A stretch of 64,000 nt of DNA, from NCBI GenBank assembly GCA_964430225.1, contig CAYSFE010000001.1, positions 95,668-159,667 of the forward strand, written 5' to 3'. Positions 31,408 to 40,949 of this stretch are shown piece after piece. Under the pieces are notes generated by a model. It was not told the origin of the DNA. It worked only from the letters and a program-made list of their open reading frames with translations, and ran no database searches. The translations under genes were made by a program, and so were the position numbers. This DNA comes from an uncultured Candidatus Saccharibacteria bacterium. Lineage in GTDB: Bacteria; Patescibacteriota; Dojkabacteria; GCA-016699595; JBAXKR01. Positions within the stretch are counted from its first letter, which is position 1, and every line of letters starts with the position of its first letter.

Positions 31408-32001
31408 TTACCCTTTCACTGAGTTTTGTTCAGCTACTTGAGCATTACCACCCTTCTTCTTCTTGTTTGCCTCTTGTTTTGACTTGGATGCTGCTTGAGA
31501 AGTCATTACAGCTTTAAGAGACTTCTTTCTAGCTTTAAGCATCTCGTACTGTCCTTTCTTACCACTTAATACCTTTTGTTGTTGTTGGAGTTTTTGAGTA
31601 TATTGATAAATAGCGGCTTTTAACTGTTGTTGAAGTTGTTTCTTTCTTTCTTCTTTTTGTTCTTCTCTTTGTTCTTTTGCTTTTAATACTTGTTCCAGCT
31701 GTTCCCTATATTGATTCTTTGTTTCCTCATCTACATCGGGATTATTTAGTATGTCTTTAAGAGCATCAATGTTTGATTCAAGTTCTTCTATTGATTCATT
31801 TATCTGTTGCATACCTTCATCAAAGCTACAATCTTCATCTTCAAGTTTTACAGTATAGTCTTTGACAACTTCTTCAAGTTGTTTTACACCTTTTTCAATT
31901 TCTGGGAGTTCTTTTTCAAGCTTCTTAATTTCAGCAGAGATTCCACCAACTTGTTTTTCCATACTTGGTTGACCACCACCAGTACCTTCATCTCTACCCA
32001 T
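31408..32001 (-). CDS. Hypothetical coiled-coil protein
   Basis: Glu/Gln/Lys-rich heptad pattern over about 150 aa. Confidence 0.7.
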   Translation of the reverse strand: MGRDEGTGGGQPSMEKQVGGISAEIKKLEKELPEIEKGVKQLEEVVKDYTVKLEDEDCSFDEGMQQINESIEELESNIDALKDILNNPDVDEETKNQYREQLEQVLKAKEQREEQKEERKKQLQQQLKAAIYQYTQKLQQQQKVLSGKKGQYEMLKARKKSLKAVMTSQAASKSKQEANKKKKGGNAQVAEQNSVKG

Positions 32002-32012
32002 ATGTGTATGTT

Positions 32013-32582
32013 TTAGAAGCCAAAGATATATTTCTCTTTGTACTCAAGAAGTACTTTCTCTATTTGAGAAGTTAAATCAGGAATACAACTCATTAAGAAT
32101 GCTAGTAATTGATCTTGAGAAGATCCTTGATTCATTAAATTATCAAATTGATCTATTTGTTCTTTAGAAAGCATAGGTTCAAAGTAGTCGACAAGCTTCT
32201 CACCAAACTCATCATATAGTCGTTCAGATTCTTTCTTTAAGAATGCTGGATCAGCATTTTCTCCATGTTTTTCAATTACAGCAGAAGCCATAAAGTTAAG
32301 AACATTTGGATCTCTTGGTACAACATCTGTCATTCCATCTTCTTGAACTACTGGTGCAGTAGTACTATCCATAGGTGCACTAGGATCAGGAGTCATTACT
32401 GGTGCTTGCATCACTGGTTCTGGTGTTGTTGGTACAGCCTGAGGTGTAGATGAAACAGGATCAGCGGTATTCCAAGGATTTGGAATATTCTGTGCCATTG
32501 TTCCACTTTGATTTACGTCTTGAGGAGTTGCTAAGTTAGGATCACTAGGTGTTCCAGCCTGGTTCCAGTCGTTTGGATTCAT
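32013..32582 (-). CDS. Hypothetical protein: Pro/Thr-rich disordered N-terminus plus small helical CPR-type domain
   Basis: C-terminal 'LSKEQIDQFDNL...L..FL...IPDL...I...L.EYK' helical domain; own promoter. Confidence 0.75.
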   Translation of the reverse strand: MNPNDWNQAGTPSDPNLATPQDVNQSGTMAQNIPNPWNTADPVSSTPQAVPTTPEPVMQAPVMTPDPSAPMDSTTAPVVQEDGMTDVVPRDPNVLNFMASAVIEKHGENADPAFLKKESERLYDEFGEKLVDYFEPMLSKEQIDQFDNLMNQGSSQDQLLAFLMSCIPDLTSQIEKVLLEYKEKYIFGF

Positions 32583-32641
32583 TTTATATGTCTAAGAATT
32601 AATATTCACTATGTCCCCAGAGTCTTTGACACAGATAAGAT

Positions 32642-32670
32642 ATGCTACTTATTTTTGTTATGTTTGTCAA
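32642..32670 (-). promoter_or_regulatory. Sigma70 promoter
   Basis: TTGACA-N17-TAGCAT on the minus strand. Confidence 0.65.
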
Positions 32671-32688
32671 TCAATACTAAGTTTATTC

Positions 32689-34023
32689 TTATTTTTCAGT
32701 TCCGTGTTGTTTATCTAGTTCTCTGTATCTAGCCTGTTCCTTTACAAAGAATAGATCAATGATACCAGTAGGACCATTTCTATGTTTTGCAATTATTAAT
32801 TCAGCTCCTCCTTTATTCTCACTCTCTTTATTGTACATATCCTCTCTGTGTAAAAACATGACAATATCCGCATCTTGTTCAATTGCTCCTGACTCACGAA
32901 GATCAGATAATTGAGGTCTTCTATCATTTCTAGATTCTACAGCACGTGATAACTGAGAAAGAGCTATGACAGGTACATCTAATTCACGAGCAATGTTTTT
33001 TAATTGTCTAGATATATCTGATACTTCCTGTACTCTATTCTCTTTATTCGTTCCTTGTATTAGCTGTAAATAGTCAATAAATATGATGTCTAAACCTTTT
33101 TCCATCTTGAGTCTTCTAGCTTTAGTACGTATTTCAGTGATAGATGCTCCTGGAGTATCATCAATAAACAAATTGGTTTCAGCTAAGATTCCCATTGCAT
33201 CAGAGAGAGATGAAAAATCTTTATCACTTAGTCTTCCCATTCTAAGATCCCATAAATTAGCTCCAGTCTGCATAGCAAGAAGTCTATCCATAAGCTGCAT
33301 ATTTGCCATTTCAAGAGAGAAGAATCCAACTGATTTCTTTTCTTTAACAGCTGCATATCTTGCAATATCAAGAGCTAATGAAGTTTTACCAACAGAAGGA
33401 CGAGCTCCAAGAACTATCATATCTGAATTCTGAAATCCTCCAATTATATTGTCTAGTTTTCCAAATCCCGTCTTTATTCCAGATACCTTTGATTTTGATT
33501 TATCAATATCACTAGCTCGCTCAAAAGCTCTCTCAAGTAATTCACTAACATGTACAAAATCTTTTTTAATATTATCTTCAGTTATCTGAAATATCCCTGC
33601 TTCACACTCATTAAGGATATCAGCTATTGGAGTATTCTCCTCATGTGCTGTCTCACTAAACTTATTTCCTAGTGAAATTAGTTTTCTTCTAATACTTGTT
33701 TCTTTAACAATATTTGCATATTCTTCTAAATGAGCTGATATTGGTAATACTGAGGATAGTTCTGTTAAATATGTCATTCCTCCAACTCGAGAAAGTAACT
33801 TTTTTCTCTTAAGTATGTCTGAAAGTGTGAGGATATCTATGGCCTTACGTTCTTCAAACAGTTCTAACATACACTGATATATATCTTTATTGTGTGGATG
33901 ATAGAAGTTATCTGGCTTAAGTATTTCTACAAGTTTGTATATAGCCTCTTCGTCTATGAGGATCGATCCTAAGACAGATTTCTCAGCATCTAGGTTTTGG
34001 GGTGGTAGTTTTAATTCGGCCAT
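32689..34023 (-). CDS. dnaB: Replicative DNA helicase
   Basis: PPQNLDAEKSVLG, GARPSVGKT, FSLEM, IDYLQL, LSQLSR, DLRESGAIEQDAD, KHRNGP; no intein. Confidence 0.97.
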   Translation of the reverse strand: MAELKLPPQNLDAEKSVLGSILIDEEAIYKLVEILKPDNFYHPHNKDIYQCMLELFEERKAIDILTLSDILKRKKLLSRVGGMTYLTELSSVLPISAHLEEYANIVKETSIRRKLISLGNKFSETAHEENTPIADILNECEAGIFQITEDNIKKDFVHVSELLERAFERASDIDKSKSKVSGIKTGFGKLDNIIGGFQNSDMIVLGARPSVGKTSLALDIARYAAVKEKKSVGFFSLEMANMQLMDRLLAMQTGANLWDLRMGRLSDKDFSSLSDAMGILAETNLFIDDTPGASITEIRTKARRLKMEKGLDIIFIDYLQLIQGTNKENRVQEVSDISRQLKNIARELDVPVIALSQLSRAVESRNDRRPQLSDLRESGAIEQDADIVMFLHREDMYNKESENKGGAELIIAKHRNGPTGIIDLFFVKEQARYRELDKQHGTEK

Positions 34024-34577
34024 TATTCAAAACGTATTAATTTGGTATTTACTTCTTCTACATTCTCAAATTCTTCTGCTTTTACTTTTATTTTCTTTAC
34101 TACTTCTGATTGTTCTCCATATTGTTTTTCAAAATCAAATAACTCTTCTTTAGAATGATCTTGTAATACTAAGTATGCAGGCTCTATTTCAGATACTAAG
34201 TCTACTCTCTTTTCTATGCTCTTAGCATCTCCTGGGGTAAAGATAAAGAAATGGATATCTGGTAAGTTCTCAACCATTTCTTTAGGAAGATCAGTAACTT
34301 CTCCTGATAACCAAAGAACATGAATACCTTCGAATGTGATTAATGCATAATTCACATCTGCTTTATATTTAGCATCTATTTTATATAGATTTAGTAGAAC
34401 TTCACTGTTCTCATACTCCCCTGCCTTATATATATAGTTACCTACAACATCTTTGTCAAAAGTATTTAGAGCTACTAAAACATCTCCTTCTTTTTCATTC
34501 TTTTTGGTTGGGTTTAATAGAAAACTCTTTAAAGTCCCTTGGAATTTGAGGGAACCGTTTACAAGATTTATTTGCAT
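34023..34577 (-). CDS. Hypothetical protein, possibly degenerate metallo-beta-lactamase fold
   Basis: GEYE and 'V.EIEP' patterns resemble short MBL-fold proteins found upstream of dnaB in CPR; metal His motifs absent. Confidence 0.55.
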   Translation of the reverse strand: MQINLVNGSLKFQGTLKSFLLNPTKKNEKEGDVLVALNTFDKDVVGNYIYKAGEYENSEVLLNLYKIDAKYKADVNYALITFEGIHVLWLSGEVTDLPKEMVENLPDIHFFIFTPGDAKSIEKRVDLVSEIEPAYLVLQDHSKEELFDFEKQYGEQSEVVKKIKVKAEEFENVEEVNTKLIRFE

Positions 34578-34641
34578 GATAGATATATTGAAAAATAATA
34601 CATGATATTACTATGTTTGTCATGACTTTACCACAATCAAA

Positions 34642-34655
34642 GTAACATTTGTTAC
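34642..34655. promoter_or_regulatory. Palindromic candidate operator in divergent promoter region
   Basis: GTAACA-TT-TGTTAC perfect inverted repeat between the dnaB operon and the TrpR-like gene. Confidence 0.35.
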
Positions 34656-34724
34656 AAATATTTCGCTTTACTGATTTAAATCAAATTGTTATTGTATTCT
34701 CATAACATTTTACCTATATTATCT

Positions 34725-34988
34725 ATGAAGAATAAAGGAGAGATTTTATATAAGGCCCTAATGAAGGCTAGCAGCCCTAAAGAGATAGAAATGCTTCTTA
34801 GTATCCTACTAGGAAAACAAGAAGTTAAAAGGATGATTCAGAGGGCAAAAATAGTAGAAGCCTTATTAGAAAGAATAAAGTATAGAGAGATTATAAGAAT
34901 TACAGGAGCATCAAGTGCAACCGTTGCAAAGATGAGTAAAGATATTGATGGAGTGAAATTAGATAAGTTCTTTTTAAGAAGAGCTTAA
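34725..34988 (+). CDS. TrpR/YerC-YecD-like helix-turn-helix regulator
   Basis: LL...E.....QR..I...L....YREI...TGASSATVAKMS pattern of the Trp repressor family; start placed at MKNKG. Confidence 0.8.
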   Translation: MKNKGEILYKALMKASSPKEIEMLLSILLGKQEVKRMIQRAKIVEALLERIKYREIIRITGASSATVAKMSKDIDGVKLDKFFLRRA

Positions 34989-35007
34989 AATCAAATAGCC
35001 AGAGTCA

Positions 35008-35034
35008 GCCCCACTTTCCCACAGTGGGGTTTTT
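35008..35034 (+). terminator. Intrinsic terminator
   Basis: GCCCCACT-TTCCCAC-AGTGGGGT followed by TTTT. Confidence 0.8.
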
Positions 35035-35035
35035 A

Positions 35036-35065
35036 TTGCATAAATACCAATAAGAGGAATATAAT
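35036..35065 (+). promoter_or_regulatory. Sigma70 promoter
   Basis: TTGCAT-N18-TATAAT upstream of the 35106 ORF. Confidence 0.55.
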
Positions 35066-35105
35066 CCACAGCTAATCCGTAATTTAATCTATTAATTATG
35101 CTTTT

Positions 35106-36038
35106 ATGGCCAATGTATTAGGACAAGAAGGAATAGCTTCAGCTATTATTGATGTTGTTAACAATACTAAATTTGACACAGGTACTATCGAAACACCCCA
35201 TCAACGAGCAATGGATCAAATACATTCATTACCAGGCTCAGAAAAATCTCTCACTCCTGGAAGAGAATATATTGATACAAGAACAGGAAACCGCTTAGGA
35301 GTATATAGACCTACAACAGAAATTTCCAAAGGTCAAACAGTAAAAAAACATATATTCAAATTAAATAATAATAATTTGGCATCATTAGAAGTAACTACAT
35401 TAGATGATCCATTTAACTATGTTGTCCCAACTTCTGATTATGCTGGATACTTGGGATACTTAAAAACTTATAAAGACCAGGTCTCTAATGTCCTAGAATC
35501 TTTCGACAGTGCGGCAAGAAAAGTATTAGATGATCTTTGTTCTCGTTCACAAGGTTTACTTGTTCATTTCTTACAAAGAAGCAGACTTCATGCTTTCAAT
35601 GCAAAAAGCAGACTTAATGTAGTTCTTGGAAATACTAAAGATACTGATGTTTACGATTCTATGACTAAACCAATTCAATCCGCAGTAGATAAATACAGAG
35701 AAAGATTAGCAGCTTCAATGTTGAGAATGGGACGTAGCTTAAATGATTCACAGATACATGTAAATGAGGTTTATAAGCTTATTAGGCCCGATAATTCCGT
35801 TACTCTTCTTGCGGTAAGAAGTAGAATAACTTCATATAGTAATGGGAGTTTTGAAGTATTTAGTGGTGGTAGACCTATTATTTGTAACAGAAATGATGTT
35901 ATAGTCCAAGTAAATGAATTTACCAGAATGGAAGAACAAGTTGAAAAGTTAGTAATCAGTACTTATCCCCGCCTAATTGCTAGTCTAAGGTCAGAATTCT
36001 CCAAAAGAATATTAGGTCAAGTAATAGAGAAAGAATAA
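35106..36038 (+). CDS. Hypothetical soluble protein
   Basis: 310-aa ORF with its own promoter; no motif recognised. Confidence 0.7.
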   Translation: MANVLGQEGIASAIIDVVNNTKFDTGTIETPHQRAMDQIHSLPGSEKSLTPGREYIDTRTGNRLGVYRPTTEISKGQTVKKHIFKLNNNNLASLEVTTLDDPFNYVVPTSDYAGYLGYLKTYKDQVSNVLESFDSAARKVLDDLCSRSQGLLVHFLQRSRLHAFNAKSRLNVVLGNTKDTDVYDSMTKPIQSAVDKYRERLAASMLRMGRSLNDSQIHVNEVYKLIRPDNSVTLLAVRSRITSYSNGSFEVFSGGRPIICNRNDVIVQVNEFTRMEEQVEKLVISTYPRLIASLRSEFSKRILGQVIEKE

Positions 36039-36140
36039 ACTGAATATTATATTCAACTTAAATAATTGGAAAATATCAATTGCTACAACATATGTATCTA
36101 GGGTATAATGTTGAGGTTTAAGTCAATATATATAGAAGAT

Positions 36141-36467
36141 ATGAAATCAAATATACATCCAACATACTACAAAGACGCTAAGGTTATTAGTGCAGGTAAA
36201 GTCATATTTACTACTGGTGCAACAGTTCCAGAGATAAGAGTAGATATTCACTCAGGTAATCACCCCTTCTATACTGGTAAACAAAGAATCATAGATACAG
36301 AAAACTTAGCAAAGAAATTTGAAAAGAGATCTCACTCTATTAACACTTCTCAAGTACTTGCAAAGAAAGCTAAAAAGATTGAAAGAGTTAGAAAAACCAC
36401 AAAGATTGATACAGATAGTGGTAAACTAACCCTTAAAGATATGCTTAAAGAAATGCAAGGCAAATAG
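36141..36467 (+). CDS. rpmE: 50S ribosomal protein bL31, Cys-free, C-terminally extended
   Basis: MKSNIHPTY...HPFYTGKQRIIDT; start at second Met; precedes prfA-prmC. Confidence 0.93.
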   Translation: MKSNIHPTYYKDAKVISAGKVIFTTGATVPEIRVDIHSGNHPFYTGKQRIIDTENLAKKFEKRSHSINTSQVLAKKAKKIERVRKTTKIDTDSGKLTLKDMLKEMQGK

Positions 36468-36470
36468 GTA

Positions 36471-37505
36471 ATGAATTCAATCGATGACTATAAAAAACGA
36501 GCTGATGAGCTTGAAACTAAACTATCTAGTGATCCTACAGTCTTTTTGGATCCTTCTAATGTAAAGAAACTTTCCAATGAACTTAAGAGCCTAAAACATA
36601 GGATTAGCCTACTTGATTTACATATCGATCTTAAAGGTAAGATTGAAAGAAATAGAGCTGCACTCCGAGAAGAAACTGATTCTTCACTACGTGAACTACT
36701 TAAAGTAGAAATTTCTGAATTTGAAGAAAAGACAAAAGTAATTGAAAAAGAACTTGAAGATATGGATAACCCTGATCTTCAACTAGATAAATCATCTTGT
36801 ATCGTAGAAATACGTGCTGGTACAGGAGGAGAAGAAGCAGCTTTGTTTGCTTCTGATCTATTCAAAATGTATTCAGCATATATTGCTTCTAAGGGATGGG
36901 AGCTTGCCCTACTCTCAGAAAGTTTTGGATCACAAGGAGGAATGAAAGAAATCATATTTGAAGTAAATGGAGAAGGTGCATTTGGAAAACTCAAAAATGA
37001 ATCTGGAGTACATAGAGTACAAAGAATACCTAAAACAGAAGCTGCAGGTAGGATACATACATCAGCAGTATCTGTAGTGGTACTTCCACAAATAGATGAA
37101 ACTATTGTTGAAATAAATCCAGCCGATATTCGAGTAGATGTATATAGGGCAGGAGGCCCTGGTGGACAAGGAGTAAATACTACAGACTCAGCAGTTAGAC
37201 TTACACATATTCCAACTAATACTGTAGTAACTTGCCAAGAAGGAAGAAGTCAGATAAAAAATAAAGAGCAGGCAATGGGAATTATGCGCTCTAAACTTTA
37301 CGAACTAGAACGTGAAAAGAAACTAAACGAGACTGGAGATATTAGAAAAAACGCTATTAAAGGTGGTGATAGATCAGATAAAATTAAGACATATAACTTT
37401 CCACAGAGTAGACTTACAGATCATAGAATAAAGAAGAGCTGGTTTAGCCTAGACCAGATACTTGCAGGTGACATAGATGAAATTTTAAGTGAAAAGATAA
37501 TATAA
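36471..37505 (+). CDS. prfA: Peptide chain release factor 1
   Basis: EIRAGTGGEEA, ESGVHRVQRIPKT (PxT), GGQ, TYNFPQSR. Confidence 0.96.
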   Translation: MNSIDDYKKRADELETKLSSDPTVFLDPSNVKKLSNELKSLKHRISLLDLHIDLKGKIERNRAALREETDSSLRELLKVEISEFEEKTKVIEKELEDMDNPDLQLDKSSCIVEIRAGTGGEEAALFASDLFKMYSAYIASKGWELALLSESFGSQGGMKEIIFEVNGEGAFGKLKNESGVHRVQRIPKTEAAGRIHTSAVSVVVLPQIDETIVEINPADIRVDVYRAGGPGGQGVNTTDSAVRLTHIPTNTVVTCQEGRSQIKNKEQAMGIMRSKLYELEREKKLNETGDIRKNAIKGGDRSDKIKTYNFPQSRLTDHRIKKSWFSLDQILAGDIDEILSEKII

Positions 37506-37508
37506 TCC

Positions 37509-38333
37509 ATGTTACCTAAGTGTTACGTTAAAGACCTTTTAGCAAAACATGTTAAAATACCCGTATCTTCAAAGCTATCAATACTTTCAAGTATTCTTTC
37601 CTTACCAAAAGAGAAGCTTTTAGTGTATGAGAAAGAACTATCTCATAGACATATACAACTTTTTGAATCAAAGTGTCAGGATCTATTATCTGGAGTACCA
37701 ATTGAGTACCTCACTAATCACTCCTCTTTCTTTTTTCTCGACCTATACATCACTTCAGATGTTTTAATTCCTCGCCCAGAGACAGAAAACTTAGTAGATA
37801 TTATCCTTAAAAGTAAAATTAAGCCCGTCAATGTTATAGAAATAGGGACAGGATCTGGTGCAATATCTATTGCTCTAAGTAAAAACCTTCCTAAAAACTT
37901 AAAATCCAAATTTTTGTCAATAGATATTTCAGAAAAAGCACTTAAAATTGCAAAACTAAACGCGAAGAAAAATTTGGTAGACAATATTACTTTTAAAGAA
38001 GTGGGCGTTAAGGACCTAAAGAATAACGAATTATTCGACTTAATAGTATCTAACCCACCATACATAAACTCTAAACAGATTCGGTACTTAGAAAAGAGTG
38101 TTAAACACCATGAACCACATATTGCTTTAGATGGTGGAAAGGATGGACTAGATATTGTAAGAGATATTTTAAACTTCTCTAAATCTCATTTAAATAAAAA
38201 TGGAGTAATATATCTCGAGATAAACTCAAAGAGACAGTATGAGAGTATAAAAAAGGAGTTTAAAAGTACATTTAAGACAATTAAACTCCTTAAAGATCAA
38301 TATGGTCGTTATCGATACATTTATTTATCGTAG
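37509..38333 (+). CDS. prmC: Release factor glutamine methyltransferase
   Basis: VLIPRPETE, EIGTGSG, SNPPY, EP..ALDGG.DGL. Confidence 0.95.
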   Translation: MLPKCYVKDLLAKHVKIPVSSKLSILSSILSLPKEKLLVYEKELSHRHIQLFESKCQDLLSGVPIEYLTNHSSFFFLDLYITSDVLIPRPETENLVDIILKSKIKPVNVIEIGTGSGAISIALSKNLPKNLKSKFLSIDISEKALKIAKLNAKKNLVDNITFKEVGVKDLKNNELFDLIVSNPPYINSKQIRYLEKSVKHHEPHIALDGGKDGLDIVRDILNFSKSHLNKNGVIYLEINSKRQYESIKKEFKSTFKTIKLLKDQYGRYRYIYLS

Positions 38334-39607
38334 TCACTCCTATCCCCTACTACCACAGAGACATTCTGAGTAGCACCTTTTCTCCATACTTCTAGGCTTA
38401 AAGTAGATCCTACAGCACTTGATTGAATAATTTCTAAGAATGATTCATTTTCTAAACTCTTTCCATTTGCTTTTGTAACTACATCACCTTTCTTAAGTCC
38501 TGCCTTATCTGAAGGAGAACCTACTTGTATTAAGGTTATAAGTGCTCCATTAAGAGTTGTGTCTTTTAGATAGTAAGTTCTTTGAGAAAAACTTACTCCT
38601 ATGAAAGGTTCTAAGAGTTTACCTTTCTCTGCAAATTCCGCTAATTTTACTTTTAGTCTGTTTATTGGAAGAGCAAATGAGATATTGTCAGCTCCTGAAG
38701 TAGTTGCAAAGTTAATTCCAATTACTTCAGCTTTTGAATTAAACAAAGGACCACCTGAATTTCCAGGATTTATTGGAGCATCTGTTTGAATAACTCCTTG
38801 ATACTTTTTGCCTTGAGTTCCAAATGTAGATCCAGCATTTACATCACGATTTAGTCCACTAACAATTCCAGATGTAACAGTTCCTGTAAGGTCTCCTAAT
38901 GGAGAACCAATTGCTATTACCATATTGCCCCTTTTTAGTTTATCTGAATCTCCTAGTTTAAGAGCTTGAAGATCATTTTTATTTACTTTTAAGATTGCAA
39001 TATCATTACCACGATCAAGATACACCTTATCTACAGGCACTGTATTTTTATCACTTCCAATTATTACAGAATATTCTAGAGATGCATTATCTACAACATG
39101 AGAGTTAGTTACTATGACTCCATCTGATCTAACTACAAATCCAGATCCAATATTTTGTTTACTACCTTCTAAGTTTCCTGATTCAAAAGCACTTGGATCA
39201 ACAGGTGAAGTAGCAACAACAGTCACAATACTTGGAGATGTTTCCTCTACCACCTTAGTGATTAGTTCTTCTTGAGTATTTAAATTTGATGTATCTAGCT
39301 CAAGAGTCTTACCTTGTTCAAATGTAGATTTAGGAGCATCAGTAGTACTTTCTGAACACTTTACTTCTTTGTATATGAAAGAATCTTTAAGAGAATTTGA
39401 ACACACAAATCTCTTTAGACTTCCATTTGCCCATACAAATATACCTGTTCCAACTACTATTAAAATCATAAGGATAACAAGACAGCCTGAAAAACAAGTA
39501 AGTCTTGATCTCCATCTACGCTTAGATATCTTTTGTCCTATTTCCTTATCTTTATTGACAATAGGGTTCACAGGTTCGCTATGGTTTGTGTTTGTATTTT
39601 CTTCCAT
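38321..39607 (-). CDS. htrA: HtrA/DegP-like serine protease with PDZ domain
   Basis: GSGF, TNSHVV, DIAILK, IQTDAPINPGNSGGPL, C-terminal PDZ, N-terminal TM. Confidence 0.93.
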   Translation of the reverse strand: MEENTNTNHSEPVNPIVNKDKEIGQKISKRRWRSRLTCFSGCLVILMILIVVGTGIFVWANGSLKRFVCSNSLKDSFIYKEVKCSESTTDAPKSTFEQGKTLELDTSNLNTQEELITKVVEETSPSIVTVVATSPVDPSAFESGNLEGSKQNIGSGFVVRSDGVIVTNSHVVDNASLEYSVIIGSDKNTVPVDKVYLDRGNDIAILKVNKNDLQALKLGDSDKLKRGNMVIAIGSPLGDLTGTVTSGIVSGLNRDVNAGSTFGTQGKKYQGVIQTDAPINPGNSGGPLFNSKAEVIGINFATTSGADNISFALPINRLKVKLAEFAEKGKLLEPFIGVSFSQRTYYLKDTTLNGALITLIQVGSPSDKAGLKKGDVVTKANGKSLENESFLEIIQSSAVGSTLSLEVWRKGATQNVSVVVGDRSDYDK

Positions 39608-39642
39608 TTGAGTAAAATTAAAATGTATTACATATCATGTAT

Positions 39643-40938
39643 TTACTTTATTAGTTTCTTTACTTCTTCTACTGCCAAATCTTTTTGGGCATCATTACCT
39701 TTCTTGATATCTTCTAAATCAGCATCTAGTTTAATATCAGGAACTATTGGTTTCTCACGAGTAAGTTCTGTTTTATCTGGTAACAACCATTTTTGTACAG
39801 TGATATGTAGTGATGCTCCATTCCATGTTGATGGTTCTATTATACTTTGAGCACTACCTTTTCCATATGTAGTACTACCAAGTAGTTTTGAACGGTTATT
39901 CTTAGATAAACTACCAGCAAGTATTTCAGAAGCTGATGCACTATTCCCATCTACTAATGTAATCATTGGGAGATCTTTAAGTTTGCCATCTTCTTCTACA
40001 GTATATGTTTCAGCTATACCATCTCTATCTCTAACATAAAGAACGGTTTTACCTTTTGTTAAGAAAGTACTTGCTACATGATAAGCACCTTGTAGATATC
40101 CACCAGGATTACCTCTAAGATCAAGTATCACCCCTTTAGGATTTTTACTTAATAGTTCTTTTTCTAGTTTGTCCCAATTATTATTAAACTCACTTAAACT
40201 TTCTTCAGTAAATCTTGATAGTCTTATCCTATATATTCCATTTCCCTCATCTACAAGGTCCATACTTTCAGAATGTATTGCTGCTCTAGTAATTTTTACT
40301 TCTCGTGAGTTAGCAATAGTAGTATCACTCACACTAAGTTTTACTTGAGTACCAGCTTTTCCTCTAATCTTACCTACAACAATAGATATTTCTTCATTTT
40401 CATTAATAGTAGAATCATCTACCTTTAGAATCATATCTCCAACCTTAAGAGTTGATTTTGATGCAGGTGAATCTGGAAGTAATCTCTTTACAATCACTCT
40501 CCCCCCTCTATATCCAAGCTCTGCTCCTATTCCTTCAAAATCTCCCCTAATACTTTTCTTGTAATCATTGGTTTCATCTGCAGTAAAGAAAATACTTGGA
40601 GAATCTCCTAAACTTTCTACCATTCCCTTAATAGCTCCATTGTATAGTTTAGCTACACTAATATCTTTATCTACATATTGAGTTTTAATTACATCATAAA
40701 CATCATTTATAAGTTTAGGATCGATTTTTTCTTTTGAACTTAGATTTAATCCACTTGAAATTGTGTCAAAAAAACTTGAAAGAGATACAGGCGTAGAAGT
40801 TTCAGAAGATATATTTGTTCTTACATCGGTTTTACCAATGAAATATCCAACAACAAAAAAAATTGCTACTAATACTACTGTTACAAAAACAAATGAGTAT
40901 GTTTTATTTGAATTTTTAGGCAAATGAACATCTTTCAT
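39643..40938 (-). CDS. ctpA: S41 carboxy-terminal processing protease
   Basis: FEGIG PDZ, LDLRGNPGG, SASASEI, TYGKGS, PDI. Confidence 0.93.
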   Translation of the reverse strand: MKDVHLPKNSNKTYSFVFVTVVLVAIFFVVGYFIGKTDVRTNISSETSTPVSLSSFFDTISSGLNLSSKEKIDPKLINDVYDVIKTQYVDKDISVAKLYNGAIKGMVESLGDSPSIFFTADETNDYKKSIRGDFEGIGAELGYRGGRVIVKRLLPDSPASKSTLKVGDMILKVDDSTINENEEISIVVGKIRGKAGTQVKLSVSDTTIANSREVKITRAAIHSESMDLVDEGNGIYRIRLSRFTEESLSEFNNNWDKLEKELLSKNPKGVILDLRGNPGGYLQGAYHVASTFLTKGKTVLYVRDRDGIAETYTVEEDGKLKDLPMITLVDGNSASASEILAGSLSKNNRSKLLGSTTYGKGSAQSIIEPSTWNGASLHITVQKWLLPDKTELTREKPIVPDIKLDADLEDIKKGNDAQKDLAVEEVKKLIK

Positions 40939-40949
40939 AAAAACTTATT

